From Gemmatimonadaceae bacterium (GTDB taxonomy: Bacteria; Gemmatimonadota; Gemmatimonadetes; Gemmatimonadales; Gemmatimonadaceae): a DNA stretch of 64,000 nt. A model generated the notes under the pieces. The model saw nothing but the letters and a program-made list of their open reading frames with translations. It did no database searches and had not been told where the DNA came from. Below, piece after piece: positions 45,359 to 53,747 of the stretch. The stretch covers positions 1,648-65,647 of the forward strand of contig DATLDF010000041.1 in assembly GCA_035525975.1 (NCBI GenBank). The letters run 5' to 3'. How positions within the stretch are numbered: position 1 is the stretch's first letter; each line of letters begins with the position of its first letter. The position numbers and the translations under genes were made by a program.

Positions 45359-46299
45359 CGTGATGCTCCCTGGCCGGCGAGCAGCGGCCAGTTGGCCGAA
45401 TCGACGCCGTGCGTCATCAGGATCGCGAGCATCCAGCGCTCAATTCCGAACGCGACGCACGCGGTGGTCGCTGACTCGCCGTTGAACAGGCGAATTGCGA
45501 AAGCGTCGCCGAAGAAACGCTCATGATTGTTGAATGACGAGATCGCGAGCGACGTTCCATCGGGTCGGTCGACGATGAGCTCTTGCTTCAGTGCTTTCAC
45601 GAGTTGAAGCAGGCTTTTTCCCCGCGCTGTCGGCGCGAAAAACGGATCGGTCGCCAGCTCCACGCGCGTCTTCAACCCAATCGACTCGGCAAATGCACTG
45701 ACGTTCTCGATGTGAGCCTTCCGAAACGTTTCTGCTTCGTGCGAGGCGCCAAGGAAAACGATCTCGCGCATCCGGAACGCCCAGCCGCGCTCCAGCGCAG
45801 TAAGCCTCCGCCCCTCATGGCGCCAGCAAGTCTCCTCAGCCGTCATTACAACGGGAGAGTTGACCGTCGTATTGGCGAGGGCGGCGTACGTGTGATAGCA
45901 CACAGCCGGCGTAAGAGCGTTCGTCGCCACTTCAAGCGACTTCCCCGCTTCCACGCCCGGCCGCTCTGCAGTCGCAACGCGTTCCAGCGACACCTCGTCA
46001 TCCTTGAGATGCGAAGCTGCCGTGAGCCAGTGCGGAAACGAATCGAAATACTGCGCGCGCTCCAGGGTCTCGAACGAAATCGCCGAAGGCATTTCCCATT
46101 CGTCGACTCGGCCTTTCAGCCCATGGCCCGGATCTGCCATGCTCAAGCCAGGGGCTTCAGTTGCGACGCTGCCGATCGCAACCGAGACGGACCGGTAAAG
46201 CGATGCCAATCCTCCCCGCATTCCAACAACGCCTGGGCTCGTCTCCCACAGCTCGCCGCGTGCGCGAAGCTCCGCGATAACTTGTTCAGGCCGCAGCAT
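45355..46299 (-). CDS. Amino acid:[carrier protein] ligase (class II, atypical SerRS homolog without tRNA-binding domain)
   Basis: YFDSFPH, LTPAVCYH, CWRHE..FRMREIV (motif 2), ATDPFF, SFNNH..FG, TACVAFGIERW (motif 3). Confidence 0.85.
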   Translation of the reverse strand: MLRPEQVIAELRARGELWETSPGVVGMRGGLASLYRSVSVAIGSVATEAPGLSMADPGHGLKGRVDEWEMPSAISFETLERAQYFDSFPHWLTAASHLKDDEVSLERVATAERPGVEAGKSLEVATNALTPAVCYHTYAALANTTVNSPVVMTAEETCWRHEGRRLTALERGWAFRMREIVFLGASHEAETFRKAHIENVSAFAESIGLKTRVELATDPFFAPTARGKSLLQLVKALKQELIVDRPDGTSLAISSFNNHERFFGDAFAIRLFNGESATTACVAFGIERWMLAILMTHGVDSANWPLLAGQGASR

Positions 46300-46552
46300 T
46301 CGTCGGCTCCCCGAGAAAGACGTCAGCGATGCGAGCAATGCTGCTGAAGTTGTCCATGCGAATGAGATTGTCCGGTATCATCCGGCCAATCGCGCGCTCC
46401 GTGTACGCGATCAGCTCGAGTATCCTCATCGAGTCAATCAGTCCGGTGCCGAAGAGCGATGTTTGCGGCTGCACTGTCACACCGGGCCGGGCGAGTCGTT
46501 CCGTCAGCCATGCCGACATCTCGACTGCAAATTCTTCTTGTGACTGCGTCAC
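46286..46552 (-). CDS. Acyl/aminoacyl carrier protein
   Basis: GLIDSMRILELI phosphopantetheine Ser motif, DNFSSI; 88 aa. Confidence 0.85.
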   Translation of the reverse strand: MTQSQEEFAVEMSAWLTERLARPGVTVQPQTSLFGTGLIDSMRILELIAYTERAIGRMIPDNLIRMDNFSSIARIADVFLGEPTNAAA

Positions 46553-47652
46553 GCTGCTGCCTCCGTCACACATCTCCAGTTGGTCGCCATCAGATGCGTC
46601 ACCATTTGCTTCCAGTAAGTCGATACGGCAGGCGCCGGTGCTCCCAGTAGCGCGTCGGCGATAGCCGTGTCGAAGCTCTTCCGGATAGCGAGCTGCGGGA
46701 TGAAGTGCGACATCGACGCGAGGATCGAAGCCAGGCGCTGATCGCCGGTCTCAGCCACCGATCTCGCGAAAAGGTCGTAGGTCTCGAAGTCGGTCATAGC
46801 CACACGCTCGATTCCCTTCTTCTTCCAGACAGGGTCTTTTTCCCACAGCTCGTAGGCCGAGTCGAGGAGCCGGCCAATGGTCATGGCGCCTTTGCCCGCG
46901 CAGAGGTGAACCGTGCGCTTCGAGGCGCGAGGATCGAATGCGAGCCGGGCGATTGCGTCGGTGACATAATCGGCCGTCACCAGGTCCAGATCGTCGGTAG
47001 GATTCGCCGGCATCATCGACGCAAGTCCGCGATGATAGATGCGAAGCGCCTTGTGAACGGCGTTCATCTGTGAGACCCGTCCGTCTCTCGAGTCGCACGC
47101 AATCGTGCTCGGCCGCAGGATCATCCAGTCGAAGTCGCTCTTCCTTACCAGCGCCTCGGCTTCGTACTTGGATCGCTCGTACGAATTGACCCATCCGGCA
47201 GGGCTGCCGTTGTCGCGCTCCATCAACAGGCCGCAGCTGCGGCCGGCCACGTAGGCCGTGCTCACATAGGCGAAACGGCGGCTCTTCCCACAAACCCGGG
47301 CCAGCGCAAGCATCTCCCGTGTGCCTTCGGTATTCGAGAGGCGTGCTTCGACGAGCGACCGCGAGAAGGATGTGTCGGCCGCTGCGTGGATCACGCCGGT
47401 CACTTCGCGCGTGAGCCGACGACGCTCGTTGTATTCGAGACCAAGACCTCTGACCGTCAGGTCGCCATGGATCGGAATGATTCGCGAAGCGAAGTGACCG
47501 AACTCTGAATGGGCGGTGGCTCTCCAGCGAAGCTCGTCCCGCACGATCACGAATGCGCGCGAGCCCGGCTCTGCTTCCAGCAGCCGCTTTAGAACACCAC
47601 GGCCAACCAATCCAGTCGCGCCGGTGATGAGAAACACGTTGCTGTCGCTCAT
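46549..47652 (-). CDS. Stand-alone thioester reductase (extended SDR, fatty acyl reductase/NRPS R-domain-like)
   Basis: TGATGLVG, GDL, IHAAA, YVSTAYVAG, NSYERSK, RPSTI. Confidence 0.82.
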   Translation of the reverse strand: MSDSNVFLITGATGLVGRGVLKRLLEAEPGSRAFVIVRDELRWRATAHSEFGHFASRIIPIHGDLTVRGLGLEYNERRRLTREVTGVIHAAADTSFSRSLVEARLSNTEGTREMLALARVCGKSRRFAYVSTAYVAGRSCGLLMERDNGSPAGWVNSYERSKYEAEALVRKSDFDWMILRPSTIACDSRDGRVSQMNAVHKALRIYHRGLASMMPANPTDDLDLVTADYVTDAIARLAFDPRASKRTVHLCAGKGAMTIGRLLDSAYELWEKDPVWKKKGIERVAMTDFETYDLFARSVAETGDQRLASILASMSHFIPQLAIRKSFDTAIADALLGAPAPAVSTYWKQMVTHLMATNWRCVTEAAA

Positions 47653-48635
47653 CAGGCTTCCACCGCCATTCCAGTCCAGTGCGCGCCGAAACCGTAGGAG
47701 AACAGGAGGATCTTCTGTCCCTTCTCGATTGCACCAGCGTCGAGCGCATCGCGATAGTTGATGAAGTTGTCGCCAGCGAGTGTGTGACCGTGGCGCGCGA
47801 TGTTCTCGGTCCAGAGCTGCGCGTTGGGTAGGCGCAAAAGCCCCGAGAGAATCTCCCAGCTACGGACGCTGACATTGTGCGGCATTATCCAGTCGACGTC
47901 TGCGGACTTCCATCCGGCGTTGTCGATGGTCTGCTGGGCAACGTGACGGGCCGTCGGGAAATACGATGCGACGACTTCATCGCGACGAGCATCGGTGTCC
48001 CAGTAGTAGCCCTTGGTGACAGTCGTGGCGGACACGAGGTGATTCGCTGAACCGGTTCGTTCGACGAGCACTGCGCACGCAGCGTCGGACGTGCAGTTGA
48101 AGATTGCCTCGCGCCCCGCGTAGAGGGGAAAGAATTCGGATGCCACGCAGATGGCTCGCTCGATCCCTTCTGTCATGCACAGCGAGCGTGCGATACGCGT
48201 TGCGCCGAGCAGCGTGGTGCACGCCATCTGGTCGATGCCGAACACCCAGGCTTTTGACAGGCCAAGGTCGTACTGGAGTCGCGCCGATGGATACTTGAAG
48301 CGGTCGGTGGTGCAGAATCCGGCGGCGCCGGTCGGGGCATCACCGGCAGGCGAGAACGCCATAACACCAGGTGTGCCGCCATAGATCACCAATCCAACGC
48401 TCTCAGGATCGATCTGTTGCTCGGACATCAGCTTCGCTACAGCGTCTCGGGCGAGCTGGTACGGGCTTTCGCCGATTCCAACGTGGACGTTCTCGAACCC
48501 GAACGCCCGCATTGTCTGGGGCGTGCTCTCGAGAAGCGAGGCGTCTCCCAGCTGCTGCACCGACTGGGTGCTCTCCGGAAAGACGTAGCTGATTCCGGAG
48601 ATTACCGGCGAACCGACCGTATTGACGCTGCTCAT
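47652..48635 (-). CDS. KAS-III (FabH)-like condensing enzyme/acyltransferase
   Basis: QMACT catalytic Cys, SDAACA, PHN, GHTLAGD, YGFGAHW. Confidence 0.8.
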   Translation of the reverse strand: MSSVNTVGSPVISGISYVFPESTQSVQQLGDASLLESTPQTMRAFGFENVHVGIGESPYQLARDAVAKLMSEQQIDPESVGLVIYGGTPGVMAFSPAGDAPTGAAGFCTTDRFKYPSARLQYDLGLSKAWVFGIDQMACTTLLGATRIARSLCMTEGIERAICVASEFFPLYAGREAIFNCTSDAACAVLVERTGSANHLVSATTVTKGYYWDTDARRDEVVASYFPTARHVAQQTIDNAGWKSADVDWIMPHNVSVRSWEILSGLLRLPNAQLWTENIARHGHTLAGDNFINYRDALDAGAIEKGQKILLFSYGFGAHWTGMAVEA

Positions 48636-48683
48636 TTCGATCCTCGTTGCTGACGCGAGGAAGGATCGTGGGAATGAGCGGGG

Positions 48684-48730
48684 CTACGTATCCGCTAACC
48701 TACGTAGACGGACGGCGGAGATGACGTAGG
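48684..48730 (-). promoter_or_regulatory. Cluster of (C)TACGTA(G) sites upstream of the biosynthetic operon
   Basis: CTACGTA 48684-48690, CTACGTAG 48700-48707, ACGTAG 48724-48729. Confidence 0.5.
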
Positions 48731-48750
48731 AGGCCTGTTACGACGGAGCA

Positions 48751-48887
48751 GAAGCCCGGAGCCTGGGCTTAGTGAGCCCGAGCTCTGAGCTTACTCAGCA
48801 GGCACTTTCAGCGAAGCGCGCTGGCAGATCGAAGCTTCGCTTGGTAAGCCCCCAGCTCGGGCTAACGAAGCTCAGGCTCCAGGCTTC
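48751..48887. repeat. Imperfect 43-bp inverted repeat
   Basis: GAAGCCCGGAGCCTGGGCTTAGTGAGCCCGAGCTCTGAGCTTA / TAAGCCCCCAGCTCGGGCTAACGAAGCTCAGGCTCCAGGCTTC. Confidence 0.7.
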
Positions 48888-49668
48888 TGTTTCCCGTGTC
48901 CGAATTCAGCGGGACAAGGCCCTTCAGCTGCGCAAGCAGCAGCGCCGAGATCGTGTAACTGTCCTTGATCGTCCCATCCAGAATCCGGTCAGCCAACTCG
49001 TCGGCCGTGAGATAGACGATTTCGCCAAACGCTTCAGTTTCTTCTGGCTCCGGTTTTCCCCTGGCTCCAAGCTCGACGAGGAATACCTCTAGATGCGCCG
49101 ACATCAAAGCCGAATCTGGCCTGATCATTCCCAGCAGATGAATCTTCTTCACCGCGAACCCGAGCTCCTGCTTCACCTCGGCCCTGACCGTCTGCCGCGG
49201 TGTCATGCCCGTTTCGCGGCGCCCGCGGGTGCACTCGAGCTCCCAGGACCGCGTCGCGTGCCGATAGATCTCGCGGAGGACGAACCTGCCTTCCGACATC
49301 GCGAGAACTGCGACTCCATTGGGTCCATCGAATTCGGTCTTGCCGATTACCCGCATTCGGCAGCCCGTTGCGCCGCTCGGGAAACGAAGTGGATCTCGAA
49401 CGATCATTCTCGTCTCGTCTTCGAGGAGAATGCCGATCGTTTTTCCACCCTTTCCAAGCCCCGAACCCTTCAGCTCGTTGGCACACTTGGCGGCGATCGT
49501 TCTGGCCGCTTTGCGGGAGGTGACGATCTCTATTTCACCGGTGGAGGAATCTCCGATTTCCTGAGCTTCCTGCGGCAGTCTTTGAGGTAATTCCGCTTGC
49601 TTGTCATGCCCGTCTACCAGGCAATTCGTCGTCCAGCGAAGACGGTTCGTACCAACTAACGAGATCAT
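48862..49668 (-). CDS. Nudix hydrolase-like protein with degenerate Nudix box (start uncertain)
   Basis: YRHATRSWELE, G..AEVKQELG, PDS, IKDSYT. Confidence 0.65.
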   Translation of the reverse strand: MISLVGTNRLRWTTNCLVDGHDKQAELPQRLPQEAQEIGDSSTGEIEIVTSRKAARTIAAKCANELKGSGLGKGGKTIGILLEDETRMIVRDPLRFPSGATGCRMRVIGKTEFDGPNGVAVLAMSEGRFVLREIYRHATRSWELECTRGRRETGMTPRQTVRAEVKQELGFAVKKIHLLGMIRPDSALMSAHLEVFLVELGARGKPEPEETEAFGEIVYLTADELADRILDGTIKDSYTISALLLAQLKGLVPLNSDTGNRSLEPELR

Positions 49669-49792
49669 GACATTCCAGGCTCGGTCGCGACTTCGCAAAC
49701 AAGATGACTTCGGTGAAGGTGGGCCTCCAATCGATACCTTCGTGCCTTCGAGTCTTTGTGCCAACTGAACGGTTCTTGCATTGGCGAGAGTC

Positions 49793-51139
49793 ATGCTGCG
49801 CGACTCAGCCTCTCGACTCTGGAGAGAACAATCTCCAGACGCGGCCCTGTTCTCCGAGATCCAATCCCTCGCCAGGCCCCTTCGAGAGCCTCGGGACCTC
49901 GATCCGCTGATGGAAGCAATCGGCGATTCGCGATATGTCCTGCTCGGCGAGGCAACCCACGGCACATCCGAGTTTTACACGTGGCGCACTGAGATTTCGC
50001 GCCGCCTGATTACGGAAAAAGGATTCTCATTCATCGCGGTCGAAGGCGACTGGCCCGACTGCTACGCCGTCGATCGCTTCGTCAAAGGACTCGGCGCCGA
50101 TTCAGCGCAGAAGATGCTCCATGCATTCTCACGCTGGCCGACATGGATGTGGGCGAATCGCGAGATTGTCGACCTCGTGAACTGGATGTCAATTCACAAC
50201 GAGCGCTCACCGTCAACGAAGCAGGTTGGGTTTTACGGACTCGACGTTTACTCGCTATGGGATTCCATGCACTCGGTGATGGACTACCTGCAGCATATTG
50301 ACCCCGAGCTTGCGCGTGCTGCGCAGCGCGCTTACTCGTGCTTCGAGCCTTACGACGAAGACGTTCACGAGTACGCTCGCGCCACTGCCCTGGTCCCGAC
50401 ATCGTGCGAAGACGATGCGGTGAGAATGCTCGCCGCGTTGAGATCAAAAGCAAGCGAACTCAAGGAAGACGGCGCCGATGCCTACTTCAATGCTGAGCAG
50501 AACGCGCTGATCACGCAGAACGCAGAGCTGTACTACAGGACGATGGTGCGCGGGGGTCCGGGGTCGTGGAACGTTCGCGACAACCACATGGTAGAGACGC
50601 TTGAGCGATTGATGAAGCACCACGGTCCCGACGCGAAAGGAATCGTGTGGGAGCACAACACTCACGTTGGTGATGCGCGGTTCACCGACATGGCGCGTTC
50701 AGGAATGGTGAACGTAGGGCAGCTTGTGAGACAGGCGCACGATCGCGAGGGAGTCTTTCTCGCTGGATTCGGAACTCACCACGGCAGCGTGATCGCTGGA
50801 AAAGAATGGGGAGCGCCAATGGAGGAGATGAAAGTCCCCGATGCGAAGGAAGGCAGCTACGAGCATGCGATCGATCAGGCGGAAGTGGGAGACTCTCTTT
50901 TCATTTTCGACCGGGATGATGAAGCTGCCCACGAGCATCTCCTCGAACCGCGCGGCCATCGCGCCATAGGTGTCGTCTACGATCCTCGCACTGAGCATTG
51001 GGGCAACTACGTTCCAACGATTCTGCCCCAGCGATACGATGCTTTCCTATACATTGAGGAAACCAAAGCAGTCGACCCGCTTCACATGGCAGTGCTCGTG
51101 GACGGCGAGCCCCCGGAGACCTACCCGAGCGGCGAGTAG
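49793..51139 (+). CDS. Erythromycin-esterase-family protein
   Basis: LLGEATHGTSEFY, VEGDWPD, GLDVYS, WNVRD.HM, WEHNTHVGDAR, RAIGVVY. Confidence 0.85.
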   Translation: MLRDSASRLWREQSPDAALFSEIQSLARPLREPRDLDPLMEAIGDSRYVLLGEATHGTSEFYTWRTEISRRLITEKGFSFIAVEGDWPDCYAVDRFVKGLGADSAQKMLHAFSRWPTWMWANREIVDLVNWMSIHNERSPSTKQVGFYGLDVYSLWDSMHSVMDYLQHIDPELARAAQRAYSCFEPYDEDVHEYARATALVPTSCEDDAVRMLAALRSKASELKEDGADAYFNAEQNALITQNAELYYRTMVRGGPGSWNVRDNHMVETLERLMKHHGPDAKGIVWEHNTHVGDARFTDMARSGMVNVGQLVRQAHDREGVFLAGFGTHHGSVIAGKEWGAPMEEMKVPDAKEGSYEHAIDQAEVGDSLFIFDRDDEAAHEHLLEPRGHRAIGVVYDPRTEHWGNYVPTILPQRYDAFLYIEETKAVDPLHMAVLVDGEPPETYPSGE

Positions 51140-51171
51140 TTCAGTAGTGGCGGTCTGGGCCGCCTCCTGCG

Positions 51172-52686
51172 CTAGTTCCCCCGCGCAGCCCTCGCCTGCT
51201 TTACAATTTCCTTCACATCGGCAAGCAGCGCCGGCGCGTTGTAGGGAATGCCGTCCTTGATCGTCCACTGCACTCCGCCGCCGTGGACTTCCTTACCGTT
51301 CACAATGTGATCGACGCCGGTCGGATAAAGAACCTTCAGATCTTCCAGAGGATTTCCGTCGACAACAATCAAATCCGCGAGATACCCGACCTTAACCCGG
51401 CCAAGATCACTTTCGCGTCCAAGAATCTTTGCATTGTTGCTCGTCGCGTGCTGAATCACCTTGATAGTGTTGAACCCGGCCTCCTGATGCAGCTCGAGCT
51501 CGCGAATCAGTCCAAAGCCGTACAGCTGGTAGATGAATCCCGCGTCATCACCTACGCCGATGACTCCACCTTTCCGCTCAAAGTCGCGAAGGGCATTCAT
51601 CCAGATCCGGTAATTTTCCTTCCAGAACGTTTCATCTGTTGACGTCCAGCCCAGGAAGTAGGAGCCGTGATTGTCTGCGTTGGGCCTGAAGTAATCCTCG
51701 AGCGTCGGGTGCAGATAGTCCTTGAACCACGGCTGGCCCTGCGCGCGCTGGAGGTCGCGGCTCGCTTCATAAATGTCGAGCGTCGGAACCCATGCGACGT
51801 GGTGCGCAGCCATGCTGTCGAGAACCATCTGCAATCTGTCGGGATCCGCCTCCCGCCAGAGATGGCCGGCGTACCGGAACCGATCGATTTCGTCGTTGTA
51901 GTTGTATGACGGCGGGAAATTCTGGACGCCGTCCTTGAGGGCCGCGTCAGGAATTCCGTACCAGTGCTCGATGCTGGTTGTGCCGAGCCTGATGTCGTCC
52001 CACGCAGTGGTTTCCTGGACGCCGACGTGGTGCGCAATGCGAAGCCCGACCTTATGAGCTTCGTCTTCCATCGCTGTCATCACGTCACGATCCACGAGCA
52101 GGAGCTTGATCCCGTCCGCGCCCATCTTCTTCAGATCGCGTACGCGCTGCCGCGCAGCATCCGGAGTAAGGGGATTCGGAGCATTCGAGAATCGGCCGTA
52201 CACGAACACGCGCGGCGCGGCAACTTCGCCGCGATCGCTCTTACCGCGCAAATCGATAACGCTTTGCGTGTCATCGTTGCCGACCTCACGCACCGAAGTG
52301 ATTCCGCACGCCAGCCAGATCTTGAGCTCGTAATCGAGTGGCTGCGGCACACCGGCGCGCGAATCCTGGACGTGGGCATGAGCGTTAATGAGCCCCGGCA
52401 GCACGTACTTCCCCGTCGCGTCGATCTCAGTCGCTCCGGCAGGCCGCTTCGCACGCCCACCACCGCTGAGCCACACGATTTGTTCGATCCTGTTGCCGCG
52501 AACAACGATGTCAGCAGGTCCGATCGCCGGAGTTCCCGCGCCATCGATGATGAGAGCGTTTCGAATTACAAGGCTTTCAGCTCGCTTGCCCGATGTTGGC
52601 GCCTGAGCAAACATGGCACTGCCAGTTAAACCGAGGGCGACGACAGCTACCCGAAACACCGTTGGCGAACGCAGATAGACTCCCAT
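51172..52686 (-). CDS. Secreted amidohydrolase
   Basis: IDATGKYVLPGLINAHAH, GDDAG, ADLIVVDGNPL. Confidence 0.85.
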   Translation of the reverse strand: MGVYLRSPTVFRVAVVALGLTGSAMFAQAPTSGKRAESLVIRNALIIDGAGTPAIGPADIVVRGNRIEQIVWLSGGGRAKRPAGATEIDATGKYVLPGLINAHAHVQDSRAGVPQPLDYELKIWLACGITSVREVGNDDTQSVIDLRGKSDRGEVAAPRVFVYGRFSNAPNPLTPDAARQRVRDLKKMGADGIKLLLVDRDVMTAMEDEAHKVGLRIAHHVGVQETTAWDDIRLGTTSIEHWYGIPDAALKDGVQNFPPSYNYNDEIDRFRYAGHLWREADPDRLQMVLDSMAAHHVAWVPTLDIYEASRDLQRAQGQPWFKDYLHPTLEDYFRPNADNHGSYFLGWTSTDETFWKENYRIWMNALRDFERKGGVIGVGDDAGFIYQLYGFGLIRELELHQEAGFNTIKVIQHATSNNAKILGRESDLGRVKVGYLADLIVVDGNPLEDLKVLYPTGVDHIVNGKEVHGGGVQWTIKDGIPYNAPALLADVKEIVKQARAARGN

Positions 52687-52742
52687 TAAGGACGCGAAAA
52701 CTTAGCGCCGGCGGGACCCGCGGTCACGTTGCGGCGGAAAAC

Positions 52743-52773
52743 AAAAAAGCCCGGGCAGGTTGCCCGGGCTTTT
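52743..52773 (-). terminator. Intrinsic terminator after tonB
   Basis: GCCCGGGCA-GGT-TGCCCGGGC stem with U6 tail on the minus strand. Confidence 0.8.
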
Positions 52774-52793
52774 CTGCCGTAAGAGAACCGTGA

Positions 52794-53567
52794 CTATCGG
52801 TTCAGCTTGAACACGAACGCCTGCTGAACGACCTGCGAGACGTTCATCTTGCCGATCTGCGCCGGCTTGAAACGCATTCTCGACAACGCATTGCGTACCG
52901 CCGACGCGAACAGGTCATTCGTCGCATCGAGCACCTTGAAAGTGCTCACCTGGACGCGACCGTTCTCGTCCACAACAAACTCGGCGTGAACCGTTCCTTC
53001 GACGCCTGACGAGCGCATGCCCTCAGGATAAGGAATGGCCGTTCCAGAAATCGCATGGACCTGGCGCTCCACCTGGAAATCCGAGTAGGCGTTGTTCGGA
53101 TCGATTCCCGAAGCTGCTCCTTCGGTTGAGCCGTTGCTGCCTTCAACGCCGTTCTCGCTTCCACCCTTGACTCCCTTGCCGTTGAAGTCGGCTTCGTTCG
53201 TCACCTTGGCGGAAAGATCGATCTGCGGAATCGCCGTTGGTATGGCAATCGGTGGTGCAAGAACCGGGGCCGCCTTTGGCGGTGCGGCTACGACCTTTGG
53301 CGTTGGCGGCACTACCGCCACCTTGTGCACGACCTTCTTTACCGGTGGTGGCGGTGGCTCTGGAGTCTTTTCGACCGGCTTGGCCGGCTCCGGCGGCTTG
53401 ACGAAATTCACCTTAGTCGTTTTCGGCTCGTCATCCTTTACGACGCCCGCGCGCGCTGTCGCGAAAACCGCGAAAAGCACGATTCCGGTGTGGAGGGCGA
53501 TGCTGAAAATCGTGCCCCCGGTGGAACGCTTTTTCTGGGGTCTCGATTCGAGTAGTGTATTCATCAT
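52794..53567 (-). CDS. tonB: TonB energy transducer
   Basis: SIALH TM motif, Pro/Lys-rich linker, YP..G.V..FVVDENG, RFKPA. Confidence 0.88.
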   Translation of the reverse strand: MMNTLLESRPQKKRSTGGTIFSIALHTGIVLFAVFATARAGVVKDDEPKTTKVNFVKPPEPAKPVEKTPEPPPPPVKKVVHKVAVVPPTPKVVAAPPKAAPVLAPPIAIPTAIPQIDLSAKVTNEADFNGKGVKGGSENGVEGSNGSTEGAASGIDPNNAYSDFQVERQVHAISGTAIPYPEGMRSSGVEGTVHAEFVVDENGRVQVSTFKVLDATNDLFASAVRNALSRMRFKPAQIGKMNVSQVVQQAFVFKLNR

Positions 53568-53608
53568 GGCTGCGGACTCCTTAGGTTGAAACCAACGCCT
53601 TACTAAAG

Positions 53609-53623
53609 GCAAACACCCTGCCA
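53609..53623 (-). promoter_or_regulatory. Putative sigma-54 promoter of tonB
   Basis: Minus strand TGGCAGGGTGTTTGC. Confidence 0.6.
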
Positions 53624-53747
53624 GTTAGACGTTTTTCTGCTCGGAGATTGCACAAATAGACGAGATATAATTCCCTCTTAATCGTCTTTTAATCATGGGT
53701 TTTGCGACTCACTGGCACGCTATTTTTTTCTGGTGGTATTAAAGCGG

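Noticed and set aside
46751-47875. 374-aa alternative-frame ORF over the reductase/KAS genes
   Set aside because: Arg/Ser/Pro-rich shadow frame with no motifs; typical of high-GC coding DNA
49793-51139. Macrolide-resistance gene
   Set aside because: Belongs to the broad erythromycin-esterase-like family common in soil bacteria; no mobile context, and activity cannot be inferred
53713-53727. Sigma-54 promoter before the lipase (TGGCACGCTATTTTT)
   Set aside because: -24 element is good but the -12 GC is absent
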